DNA of 64,000 bases from Strigamia acuminata (taxonomy: Eukaryota): positions 20,832,001 through 20,896,000 of the forward strand of contig OX442314.1 in NCBI GenBank assembly GCA_949358305.1. Reading direction: 5' to 3'. Below the pieces are notes generated by a model. That model made no database searches. It worked only from the letters and a program-made list of their open reading frames with translations, and was not told the DNA's origin. The position numbers and the translations under genes are program-made. Numbering within the stretch: the first letter of the stretch is position 1; the number at the start of each line of letters is the position of its first letter. Below are positions 28,111-40,727 of the stretch, piece after piece.

Positions 28111-29119
28111 CAAACATTTAATTCCCATCAAATTATATATTTTTATAATTATTACGACAAAAATGTTATATCATATTTTATTTAAAAAAATAAGTGAAAA
28201 AAAAAGTTGTTTTTTTTGTTTTTTAAAACGTGAAAATATGGAGTATTCACGTCAGGAAAGTCCAAAGAGGATGATGTTTCTAATACATTTTATATAATAT
28301 TCATGCACTTTTGTTTCTTGTACATGTAATGTAAATATTACGCACAGCTCATAGTCATTTATCATGTACAGAGTATAGAAGAAAAGAAAAACACAAATTT
28401 TAATTTTTATAATGTTTATAACAATTTAGTTAGTGAAAAATTATCTGCAGTTTTAAACTACACCAACGAATCTTCTTTTCTATAGGCAAATGTCTGCCAT
28501 TTTACTAGTCTAGCACAAACGTCAAAATGTGCACTAAAAATTGTATAAATTCAAAAAAAAAAAAAAAAAAAAACTAAAACAAAAGTCAACCTCTGAATCA
28601 ATATATGCCCCAAAAACAATTTAAACGAAACCAAAGTAATTTCCAGTATTTATAACCTGTATGGGAAGATTCCCATGTGGTCGTTCCCACCAATTGTTGT
28701 GTGATCGCTGGATTCACAAGGAAAGGAAGTGAAAAAGGAAAGGAAAAAACCATTAGCATATCTTGCCATACATTCATTTCAACAATCACTTAATGTAATT
28801 CATTTTTTTTAGATGTTTATATTTTTCTATTCTCCATCACTTTGTAAATAAATTTTAAATACCAATTTTAAATCTTTGTTTATTTATTTATTATTTTTTT
28901 TCCGGTTCGGCAAACGAACACCTGTTAAGTCTCACGAAGAATCATTAATACAGTGAGAAAAAAAGCAGCTCACGCTAAGTTTCTATTCTTTTTTGTTTTT
29001 AACCTTAAATGATTATTTCATTGTCATAACAACGCCAATCGTATTAAAAGTTACTATGACATTAAACGAGTAAATATAATTAAAAAAGAAAACAGTCAAA
29101 CTTACATTTCAAACTGAAA

Positions 29120-31806
29120 ATGTTGTCGAAAGGATACGGACAGGACCAAAGTGGATTCCTAGTGACGAGTGAAGGAATTCCAAAATCTGCAAGCCACTAC
29201 AAACCAGGTATCAATAATTAATAATTTCACCTTTAGTTTGGTTTAATTTTCATTAATTTAGCGACTTTTTTTTGTTATATTGGATTAGTTAAGAAAAAAA
29301 CAGAATTGATACAATTCGGCCATAAAGATCAGAAGAAAGTGGATCAACTTTCCGATCTAATAAGATCAGAAGTAAAAGCTGCGAAAAGTGAAGAAGAGAA
29401 AGTTCAATCTCCATGGGCTAAGGTTGGAATACCCGGATTAGATCACGTTGTTGACAAGCAAAAGCATGCAATTAATAGATGTTTCTGGGGGCTTATTGTA
29501 TTGGCATGTCTAGCTGTATGCGTTTATCAAATTTACACCCGAATAGATTTGTTTTTGCAATACCCGGTCGCTGCTGATATTCGTGTTGCACAAAATAAAA
29601 GCATGAAATTTCCACAAATAACTATTTGTTCTGCTGACACTCCTGACTTGGTTAAATTGAAGGAGAGATACAGTAAAGCGAATCCTCAAACACAAAATGA
29701 TCTTGATTCGATTGATTTGGCCCAACTGGTCGGTTTCGAAAAACTTGCTGCAAACGATATATGGGAAATGACTAAAATCCCTCCTTTCGGCGATAAATTA
29801 ACTATGCAGGTATTTTTGTTTAAATAATTGCCTATAATTTGTGTTTTCACCGTTTACATTTTGTTTGTGGCGTTAGGAAACTGTCGGCAGGGATGAGACA
29901 TACGCCGTTGAAGTCGTCGATAAGCCGACAATTAATGGCGTCTGCAAAGTATTGAAAGTAGGTAAGATCGTAGAGAGAGAGAAAAAAATAGAAATTAAAA
30001 TTAGAAAGTAACCTAAACTAACTCAAGTCAAATTTTATATCCTGTCTTAGTGGATGATATTAGCTATTACGGCCCATCAACTGAACTGAAAATTGAAATA
30101 AATTCATCAATCACTCAAATAGGACAAAACGCATTTTGGGTAGGTCTAGAAATAACTGTTGGTCAAATCACAATCATTTGTAAGAAAGTCGGTATGGTTG
30201 TTATTTGGATCTGGTTTGGTGGGTGAATAGTTAAACAAATAGTTTCTAATTGCCTTGAAAAACTGCAAAGTCGGGTGCCATTTTTATTGTTGTGTTCCTG
30301 CATAGATATCTTTCATCTGAATGAACACCTGGTTCAAAATTACATGTGTGAGGTCACATGTGCCAAAAATAATTAACATATGCATACAATATTAACAAAA
30401 CAGTACAGAGATTGGCAAACAAAATAGAATAGGACTTTTCATTCGTTATTATAAATAACGGGACAAATTACTCCTCAATAAGCAAGTAATAGTCGCAATG
30501 ATCCAAAATTACATAACAAATCAAAGAACAATGCACGTCACACATGACCGTAATGATGTGACATTTATGATGAAAAATACTTGATCACAATCCAATAGGT
30601 ATGAAACCACTGTAAACAAGAACTGGAAATGGGAGTAATGAATTAAGTTTACCGAATTTTCGGATGAATTAGCCCTTCCAGTGGCGTAACAATTGCGGTT
30701 GCAGTGCATGTACTTGTAATTGACACGGACCCAAAGTGTTTTCTTAAATAAATGTAGCAACGGCTCTGCTAAAGGACCCACAGACTCTCTGCTATATCAA
30801 TGAAATTATCTCGAGGAAGGCAACAATAAAAATACGATACCTTAGTAATATTAGAAAGTTCTTGTTGTACTAATGGCCACTGTTTTTCATGCAAAGGTGA
30901 CGCTGGAAATGGACGGGGATCAGCCAAACTTCAAATCAATGTTGCCAATACCCTATGGACACAATATGGGAATTTCAATTAAACTCAAACAAGTAATGCA
31001 TCTTTTGTTAATAGTAAATATAGCAATTAAAATCTGATCCAATCAGTTTCAAGCTCTCAATACTCCTGCTCATCAGTGTGTAGACGCAGCCACATCAATA
31101 AACTGCTTGAATTTGTGTCTGATCAGACTGCAAATAAAAGACGTCTCGTGCAAGTTAGTTTTATTAATCTAGACGCGGATGGATCTACATTGAAACTAAT
31201 GAAGCTTAAGCTTCAAGCCCCTTTAATCCCAGAGGGGCTCTAGAAGCAACTTTACACTACACTGCTTAAAATTTTGGGTCTAAAAGTGTCATTCAATACA
31301 AAATCATATTTTGTTCAGCAGTTGGCAACGGATTATAGAGTGGTTCAATTATCCTTTGAGTCCCTAAGACAGTTCAAGCTTTAGGGTCCCAAAAATGTAG
31401 ATCTGTCCATTTTAACCATTGAAAGTTTATTAAAATAAACATTGATTATTGCAGATTACCATTTATGAAGCGTAATAACCTCAAAATGTGTGTGACGGCT
31501 GCAGAAGCTATCGAAACCTACTCAAAAGTCCAAGAATTGATTTACAACCTTAATCTATCGATGTGCAATTGCTTGCCAAAGTGTTATTATAACTTGTACA
31601 CAGCAAGTCGAGAAATATTTGAGGTGAAGAGAGAGAAAACGACCTTGTTCTTTTACTATTCTACAAATCAGATTGAAATACTGCACCAATCATTCGAATA
31701 TTCATTATTTTCCTTGCTGTGTGACATTGGAGGAAATTTAGGATTGTATCTCGGTTTATCGATTTTATCCTTATTCGAAATATTCGAATCGTTGAACAAA
31801 ATTTAA
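29120..31806 (+). CDS. DEG/ENaC (ASIC/pickpocket-like) channel subunit, divergent
   Basis: Tentative exons 29120-29207, 29289-29809, 29877-29961, 30051-30143, 30306-30352, 30897-30992, 31047-31153, 31455-31806. TM1 RCFWGLIVLACLAVCVYQI; post-TM1 YP and FPQITIC; thumb CNCLPKC; TM2 LLCDIGGNLGLYLGLSILSLFEI. Middle exons and the true C-terminus (possibly a further exon near 31840-32095) are uncertain. Confidence 0.85.
31177..31408. mobile_element. Degenerate hAT-like MITE in a DEG/ENaC intron
   Basis: GGATGGATCTACATT ... AATGTAGATCTGTCC (13/15 inverted match), subterminal AAGCTT motifs. Confidence 0.55.
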
Positions 31807-33224
31807 ACTTGTGTCTTACATATTTTAATTACGTTTTAGTGTGTCTTAGCGTAGTCTACACATGATTGAATCTCTGTAATAAACAACAACTATTTCTTGA
31901 GCAATTTTCGCTATTGGTTTATTTTTCAATCAATAAAATGGATAAATGAATTCCTGATCGTTTTTAATTCAAATTTCAAACTTATACAACTAAAAAAAGA
32001 ATTAAAATGAAGAAATTGATAATAAATTTCTAGGTGTGGCTGAAAGAGAAAACAAGAGTCTGGATCCGGATAAAATTGGCAAACTATACACTATAAATTG
32101 CATACTATTTAATAAAATATATTTTATAATCTTATTTAAACAATAACGAGTATTAATTATAGAAATAACATTACGTACTTCGAATCAGCTTACAGTTTAT
32201 TCATCCATTGTAAAATCAAGGACCTTGGTAAAATATACCCAATATTATATTTTGGTGATGTCAGAACAGAAATACCAAATGACTCAACCACGTAAGACTA
32301 TATAAATACAAATAATTAATTACACAGCTGCAATATTTTTGCCAACTTTTACCAGCTATATTCAGCTTAATTTATGGTAAACAAAATTTTTAGTAAATTA
32401 AGTCTTTATTTAAAAAAAGCTTTTTTTTAAAAAATTGTTTAACATCAAGTTGTCACATAACACTTGCGTATGTTCATTAAATTATTCATACACTTCTTGA
32501 ATACGTAATTGTCTTACCCATTTCAGGTTTACAATCACTAAATCAGTCCAAAGTTTAACATCAACGGCATAACAGGCAGCTCCATTACAATAGCCAAACT
32601 ATTTGTAAGTAGAATAATTTTTAAATCCTTGTGTTTATGAGCTGTAACCCTAACAGTTATAGCTCATTCTTATTCATTTCATGGCGATAATAAATAATTT
32701 GTGATATCTATCTACCTGCTGTGTTTAAAACACTAAATACTAAATTTAAACAGTACTAAAATTGTTGACTCAAAAAAAAACATGTTTCTAACATCAATTC
32801 ATTAAATAAATAACATCTACCCTTTCGCAGATTAACGTGTGGGCCATCTTTGCACACGACGCCATCTTAAAAGCATTCGTATCCCAACTCGTTAAAGATA
32901 ACTAATTATTTAATTGTTGAGCGTTTCAATTTTTAAAAATTGGATTTAAATTTTTAATTTCGCAACTAAATGGAAAAAAAATACTTTAGGGTGTTTCATT
33001 TTTTAAAACTATTTTCTATTAAATTTTGTTACGCCATAACCCTAGTGACAAATCAGGTGTTCAAGATATTCTAAACAAATCTGATTTATTACATAGGGGG
33101 CGAGTCATCTTAACAGATTAAATTAACACGTCGCAGAAAACAAAGCAGTTACAGTAAGTACCGGTATGCTATTTATTATTACGCACTAAATTTATATTTT
33201 CTTTTTATCGTTAACAGTTTCCCC

Positions 33225-33662
33225 ATGGCTTGCATGATTTTAGGAGCACTTTCTGCTATTTTATATTATTGTATTATGGTGCAGTCATTTATCGAGACAC
33301 TTAATTTACCATGCAATAGGACTAATACCTTAGAAGAAAGTGCTGTCTTTTTTTCTGACACCCTTCCAATGTGTAAATACCTCATAGGCCCGTATGCAGT
33401 CCCTCGCGTGCATAAAACATCGGATAATCTGTTGCTCAAAATTGTTTACGATGAACCAGAAATGACTAACCGTACCGGTAACCGTGTTGGAGTGTCAACC
33501 TCAAAAGTGAACATTGGAGAAAGTGGTGCCCCGTCTGCTTCAAGTTTTGCGAAAATAAGTAATTCTCACTCGTGTACGAATGGAAGACTACCAATTGGAT
33601 TTAATGTAGATTTTTTAATGCAAAATTTAACAGCAAGTATGTTTTTAAAGTATAAGATTTGA
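33225..33662 (+). CDS. Hypothetical secreted protein (orphan), possibly a first coding exon
   Basis: 145-codon ORF in very AT-rich DNA; ATG 6 nt after an acceptor (taacag|tttcccATG); hydrophobic N-terminus; N-glycosylation sequons NRT, NRT, NLT; upstream candidate non-coding exons with GTAAGT donors (about 32604 and 33152). No family recognised. Confidence 0.5.
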   Translation: MACMILGALSAILYYCIMVQSFIETLNLPCNRTNTLEESAVFFSDTLPMCKYLIGPYAVPRVHKTSDNLLLKIVYDEPEMTNRTGNRVGVSTSKVNIGESGAPSASSFAKISNSHSCTNGRLPIGFNVDFLMQNLTASMFLKYKI

Positions 33663-34388
33663 AAATTTTTTTCCGTATGTAAAATTATAAATTTTAATTG
33701 TCATATATTGTTTGGTTTAATATGGTTTTAAGAATGTATAGTAGCACTACAAATAAAACTGTTTTTAATGCTTGTCATCAAACTTATGTAGATTTGTGTA
33801 TTTTATTTTTTTTTGGTTTTAAATTTCTCAAAATAAAAATGTAAATTTTAATGAGGCAATCATTTCACTTTTTTAAAAAGAAAATAACATTATACCCGAG
33901 CTATAAGTTCGTACGATTACATATTTATTTATACAATCTTTTGACCTTTTCACTCAACAAAATCAGTCAATTTATAATTGTAAAAAAATTTATTTTTAAC
34001 AAAAAATAAGAAAAAATAACTCAATCAATCAGATTTAAGTGTATTCGAAAGGGCAGAAGTTATCTACTGTTGACTACAAAATACTTAGCTGTGACATCCT
34101 CAACCAAAAATTAAAACAATTTTCACCAATCATATTCAAAAAAAATTAGACATCCAATACTTATTTTTTCTAATGTTTCGCCTAACAAACTTCACAATCC
34201 GACGTGATGGTTCAAATTAAGAATCCCTGTATAAACTCGCAAGTTGTAGCAGTCAATATAACTCCTACTTCAAGAAAAGAAAGTTCTCAAAGTAGAGTAA
34301 ATGATCGTGCCGGTAAGTAAATATCTTTAAAATTCACTTTGCACTGCAGCAAAGTTATAACTAACATTTTTTCTCACTTTTATTTCAG

Positions 34389-36650
34389 ATCACAATCAAT
34401 CTCATAACCATTTCAAATTTTCCGCTTTTTTTGTATTTTCACAACTATTTTATTTCTTACTTACTTACATTCTTCAATTTCATTGCTCAAAGATCCTCTT
34501 AATATCATCATTTGGAAGTAAAAGCCACTCTTTGGCAAGCCATCAAATAAGAGAAGCTTTAACCGATCGCTGAGTCCAAACTGACAAGTGACTCGAAGGT
34601 TAAATTCCTACAAATTCCAAAAACAGGTGATAAAGCGTGGCAAGAGTTTCAATTGTATCCATACGGACAGCACAATCTAAACCAATTCCCAGCTATTTGG
34701 TTTAAATATTTACGAGCTTTACTTAAAGCCTGTAAAGTATTTTGGAATGAAAAAGTGCACTTAGAATTAATCCACACAAATTTTACATATGACGCCATAT
34801 TAATAAAAATGCTCTGCTGCAAGAATGCGCCCTGCCATTAGTTCACAAGCAGTTCAACTGTATAGTGCTCATGAGTGCAAACTTACTTGACCCCCTGAGA
34901 CAGCTTGGTATCAGTCAGTGCCAACACCATATTCGCACGTGCCATCAATTTTTGTTCAAGTGACTCTGCCGATGACTTTAACACAGAGAATAAAGAATTC
35001 AATTACTCATCTTTCATACGTGGCATTGCACAAATGGTATTGTTGGTTTGTTTAACGTAACTGCTTTATTAAAATGTATTGTGGGTAAAATACAATGAAA
35101 AATGGGTTACACTAAAAGATAAGGTAAATACAAAAGGAGATACATTAACCAACATTTGCCCCTGGCTTTGGGGACTTACAAAGAAATTGCAAGTTCAAGG
35201 GTAGATGGTTTACTTGATTTAACTGATATTGCCGGGTGCTATGGCTACGGCTGATAGAGGTATTTTATTGCTTTCAAGACCAACGATGCCGAATTTTGTG
35301 GTCATTTCTGTAATTACAACAACGCCAGCGCAACCGTTACGAGAGGTAATGTATAAAATGAGTGTATTCAAAGGTTCTGGTTATATGATTGTTGATTTCT
35401 ATATAAACAAGAAAAAGAAAAGTAAAAAACATGTCTACCGATAGTTACGAATGTGCGTGAGATTATTTCGTTTTGTTTCTAACTGTAGTTTTGTTTTTAG
35501 CAGTTAGAATTCCTTTATATTCACCCAAGGAACGAATTAAGACCCACTTTATTTCAACCCAATTTTCCTTTCTCTGACGTTTGTTGGTAGAGGATACTAT
35601 ACATCTGGTGATCTGAAAAAATTACAACAATTGCCGTTCGATCGAACTTGTTTAGCAGCCATTTTGAATTTAGTTGTAAAAAAAAACTAAAACCAGGCAT
35701 AAAGATCTTCAAAAATAAACTCCAGACTGGTTTTTACCGTTTTTAATGATGATATCCAATTCAATCCATGTATAGAAAATTTGTATGCACCGATTTTCTC
35801 TTTGCTCGTTTACGTTGTTATTCTTTCTTGTATTCAGAGTTTAGAAATACTCATCAACTCAACGGAACCGATGGATTGATTTTATTTTCACTTGGCACCA
35901 TTATACATAAACATTTTCCTTCACACATGATAAAATCGTTTTTAAATGCTTTTAAATGCTTTTAAATGCTTTTGATTTCACTAATTTTCCGCCGAATGTT
36001 AAAGCACTCGATTGGCTGTCCCAAAATGATTTGTTAGGTAAGAAAATTAGGGGCCGTCCATATATTACGTAACGCCTGGAGGGGGGGGAGGGGGTTTCAA
36101 ATTTTGTTACGGGTTGTTACGACGGGGAGGGGGGGGGGGGTCTAAATAATGTTACGTAACAAATTTTTTTTTAACATTTTTGAAATTTTTTTAAAAATTT
36201 TCAAAAATTTTGAATATTTTTGAAATTTTTTTGAAATTTTTGTAAAAAAATTTAAATTTGTGTAAAATTTTGTATTATAAGCTTGTATCAATTTTTTTTT
36301 GGGGGGGGGGGGGGTGGTGAGTTTTGTTACGTAATACTGTATTCTAGGGGGGGGGGTTGTGGATTTGTTACGACCTTGTTACAAGGGGGGGGAGGTGGTC
36401 TAAAAATCGAAAAATCAGAGTTACGTAATTTATGGACGGCCCCTATTTACTGTAGTCCATACTTACTTCGACTATTCCATAAGCGTGTACAATTATACCT
36501 GTTTTCAGGTCGTCCAAAAATTCAACTTTTTATTGGTGATGGGGAATGCATGGATTGTATGAGACTATTTACCACGATTGGCGTCGGAATTTACACGGAT
36601 CAAAGACCAAATTTAATAAGTTCTGTCGGAAGAGGCTTTGCTATAGAGTA
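34389..36650 (+). pseudogene. UDP-glycosyltransferase (UGT, GT1) pseudogene
   Basis: Ordered UGT motifs broken by stops and frameshifts: CSKILLISSFGSKSH...EALTDR*, SRPTMPNFVVI...PAQPL, DGLILFSLGT, PPNVKALDWLSQNDLLG|RPKIQLFI, frameshifted GMHGLYETIYH, IGVGIYTDQRPNL...RGFAIE*. No C-terminal TM exon seen before the GMC duplication boundary. Confidence 0.85.
36050..36443. mobile_element. MITE (TIR GGGGCCGTCCATAWATTACGTAAC), copy 1, in the UGT pseudogene intron
   Basis: Near-perfect TIR of about 24 bp, poly-G subterminal tracts; flanks compatible with a TA or ATT target duplication; same family as 49490-49770. Superfamily (PIF/Harbinger or Tc1-like) not resolved. Confidence 0.85.
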
Positions 36651-37081
36651 AGTTAGTCTTTTAGACAAATTCTGTTATGTTAAAAATACGTTCAATTCGA
36701 TATCAGCCATTACACAGGCGCACATCACCTTCATAATACTGGTGCTGACCTCAGTTTGCCACAATATTTTAACCTTAATGTATTTTGGTTTTTATTTCTT
36801 CTGTCATGTGTTTTAGGATGGGCAGCTTCTAAAATATTGCAGCACTTTTTTAATTTATGTCAAATATCAATTTTAAATCGGACAGAAACTCTAAAATATG
36901 TGTTTTCTGTTGAAAATTACTAATTTTGTAGCAAAACTTTTTTTTTTGTGTACAATATTTTAACTGCTGTGTATTAGAACATCTTGAAAATAATAAATCC
37001 TTGAAGCAGTGAATATAGTTTATCTGATCTTTATTTACTCATAGTTAATATATGGAGGTTACAATTAATAAGAACATGAAG

Positions 37082-39510
37082 TTAATCATAATAACCATTA
37101 TCTTTTTTAATAAAATCAGCACACCGTTCGCCGACCATAACAGTTGGTACATTGACATTGCCAGTAATTTCAAGAGGAATTATGGAAGCATCAGCAACAC
37201 GCAGACTCTCAATACCATGGACACTAATTAAAAAGAAATAGAAATACACGTTTCTACGTTTACGTATGTATTAACATATATGAACAAGAATATGATTTAA
37301 TTTAAACATACCGCAATCGTTCATCAACAACAGCTAGTGGATTTGATTTCGGTCCCATAGTACACGTAGCAACAGTGTGGTAAAACTTAATGGTTGTTTG
37401 TTGAGCAAGGCAAGCGTAATAATCATTTGACAAGTGAACGTGGTGTGCACATTGAGGCATCACAACTGGTGTAAATGTAATGTTGTTCTTTTTGAACCCT
37501 TTCGTTTGGGTGAGTTCCACTGATAAACGAATTCCTTCAGCCATCACTTTAAGATCTTCGCCTTTTTCGTCACTAAATAAGCGTGGGTCTATGAGTGGAA
37601 GATCGTGTGGATTAGCACTCTTCAATTTCACTTCACCTCGTGACTTTGGACGCAGTAACGTGGGATAAATCAAAATAATCGTTTTTCCAAGAATTTTTTT
37701 GAAATAACCATCCCACACCTGAAAATAATGAAAAGAAAAATTCTAAGATTCAAACAAAAGCGAATGTTAGTAAAAATAATTACATCATCACAAATGTTGT
37801 ATAGTTCTTTAAAGGCCTCGAGTCCAAATGACGGAACAAGTTGATAAACCAATTGAATATCGGGAAAATCTTTGCTTTTGTCAGCATAAATTGAGTTAAC
37901 AAAAGACGTTCCTTGCAAACCGACAGGTGATGAAAGCCCTTCAAAAAAGCAACAAATTATACATTTTAAATCTTTGGAATTACACCTCATGTAAAGTTTA
38001 CCTGTGCTATTTAATGCGTATTCAACTTCCGATGTTTCCACTGCTGAATCACCCTCACGGCCAAACTTTTGATCAACATCAAATAAAACTGCAGCACTGC
38101 TAACGTGGTCTTGCATGTTCTGTCCGACGCCTGGAAGATTGTGAACTATTGGAATCTAATTCAAAAATTATAGTAGGTCAATTCAACTGTTTATACATTT
38201 CCATAAATACAAAATACTTTATGTTCTTCAAGGTGGTCTTGGGGTCCAATTCCAGATAACATTAAGATTTGAGGTGACGAGTAAGCACCGGCAGATAAAA
38301 CAATTTCTTTCTTGGCTAAAACAACGAATTTATCCCGTCCCTTTTCAAATTTAACGCCGAACGCTTTCTTTTTGTCATCAACCAGGATCTATAATTAAAT
38401 TATCAGTCATATTCTACATCTGACAACAGCGCGACTAACAAGTTAGCTGAATGTTTGACCTTTGTTACGAAAGAATTTAAAGACACTACTAAATTAGGTC
38501 TAAACTGAGCTGTTTTAAGGATTGCTTTAGCAGAGCTGCATCTATTTCCATTTCTTACGGTTGCTTGAACGTACGAGTACCCTTTAAAATGGCCAAACAT
38601 AAAATCCAGGTTATTTATTTAAGTCAAAATGTTTTAAGTACCGCAAGAGAATAAATATACCTGTTTGTTTTGGTCCATTGTAATCTACTTTCTCGTATCC
38701 AAGTTCTACCCCAGCTTTTAAAAAGTTCTCAGTTAACTCAGTGCCTACACCGATGTAATTAACACTCAGAGATCCATTACGATTGTGAACTTTGTCTAAA
38801 TTACAATCAATATCACATTAGTTTGAGATTATCAAACGATAAAATGTTCGCTTTACCAGAATCAGGATATATAAAAGCGCTTTGAAAGTTTTCGGACTTG
38901 AGAAAAATTGGATTGTTCTCTTCGTATGACCAGCCCTTAATTCCCAAACCCTCCCATTGCGCATAATCATTTCGATTACCACGTACGTACATCATGTAAT
39001 GGAGTGCTGAGGACCCACCAACAACCTTTCCTCGCGGCAATGTGCTTTCCTATAATTACAAGTCAAGTCAATAATTCATTAATTTAATGGAATAAGAGTT
39101 AATTACTCGGTTGCATAAACCAAAATTAGCGGTTTCTTGCGAAGCACTTTTATTTTGCCAATCGATGTCTGACAACTGACCGGCCGTAGCTAACGTGGGA
39201 ATATCAGTGAGAACCGTGTCATCGCAATCAGCTTCCAGGATGAGAACGTTGACTTCCGGATTTTCAGAGAGACGATTGGCAACGACAGATCCGGCACCAC
39301 CAGCCCCAACTGCAAAGATAAGCGTTACTTCAAACTGTTAAAAACAAAACGCGAAGCATACTTACTGACTACATAGTCGTAGTCTATTTCTAATGCGATG
39401 GATTTTGCTACGATTCGGTGTTTGTAGTCGTTTATCAGCAAAAACATAAAAGCAGGAATGTAAATAAAAGCTTTAACTAAAGGAGCGAATAAGCTATTGA
39501 ACACAACCAT
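37082..39510 (-). CDS. GMC oxidoreductase (glucose dehydrogenase [FAD, quinone]-like), tandem copy A
   Basis: Multi-exon; [23 protein letters not shown]-binding motif, [78 protein letters not shown]...GNVNVPT; stop at 37082. Confidence 0.9.
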
Positions 39511-40129
39511 CTTCCAAGTAGAAGCAGAGTTGATGTGCTCAACAAAGAGAAAAGACAGGTATTTATACCAAGTCACACAGCATTTAGAAAAAGACTCGTC
39601 ATTAAAAATTAATCACTTTTTTATCTTCTAAATTAAACGAATCAAAAACCATTTGGCTAATTAATTAATTAAGGGCTAAAGTTGTTTCAGTTGTGCAAAT
39701 TTTAAAATACAACAAACAGACAAAATGCAATGTACTAATAAATTTATTAAGCATCTTACACTTTAACTAAATTCTCACCTAACAACTAGATATAAGAAAC
39801 AAAATTGTTTTGTTACAGTTATAATTTTTGAGACAATCAAAACTGCAATGTAATTTTGTTTCTTATAACTGTAACAAAACAAACGTATTAGTATTTTCAA
39901 TATTCAATTTTTTTTCTCATACTTATTGCTGGACTAAGAACACAAAAATTGTGGTAACCCCAAATTACCATAAATAAAAGGATTATCCTTAATGTTGTAA
40001 TTTAGTAATAAAAGATTAAAGTAATCAAAGAGTTGCAACAATATCCAGGGATCACAGGATGTAGCCCCTATAGTTTTGGTGAAAACAGGAAAAAATCTGG
40101 ACTAAAGGAAATGCTACATCCTGTTCGCA

Positions 40130-40275
40130 AGGAAAAACGGCAGTAAAAACGGTCGTTTTCGCGGTAAAAAAGCGTTGAAAACGTAACTACAGTCGTTTTC
40201 ATCATAAAAAAGGTCGTTTTCAATTTCACAACGGTCGTTTTCATGGTAAAAAGGCATTGAAAACGTTTGATAACA
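40130..40275. repeat. Short tandem array of AAAACGGTCGTTTTC-like units in the spacer between the GMC copies
   Basis: About four copies of GTCGTTTTC; adjacent to an inverted repeat ACAGGATGTAGC/GCTACATCCTGT (about 40054-40124); probably a transposon remnant. Confidence 0.5.
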
Positions 40276-40727
40276 AATGTTTTCGTCATCAAATTGTTCA
40301 TTTTACAATAAATGACTGAGAACCAACAATATCGCAAAGATTAAAATTGGCGCCGAGTACAAATAACGGCAGGGGCGTACGTCATGGCTTAAACGTACAA
40401 ACGACGTTCATATGGCATAATGTCAAAGGGGGCAAAAAAGGTTGTTTTGGGGGGGTGGCAAAAATGGGGGGAAATTCAGTCTTTTTGGGGGCGAATAATT
40501 TACTCCCAAATTTTGTTATGTTAAAATCTAAATACGTTCATTTTTTAAAAGATATAAACAAACGGCAATTAAATTGTCAAACCTTTTGAGGGACGAACCA
40601 GAGACGCCAATGGATAGCGCACAAGGGCAGTGAATTTTATCATCCGATATCATTCATCACAAAGGTGCATATAACCTTCATAATACTGGTGCTGACCTCA
40701 GTTTAGCACAATACTTTAACCTTAATG

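Noticed and set aside
36283..36651. 122-aa Gly-rich ORF
   Set aside because: Poly-G MITE sequence fused to a frameshifted UGT pseudo-exon.
38993..39022. His in place of the usual Asn in the GMC motif GGSSALHYM as a covalent FAD site
   Set aside because: It is one position off from the known flavinylated His of choline oxidase-type enzymes, and His is a tolerated variant at this position.
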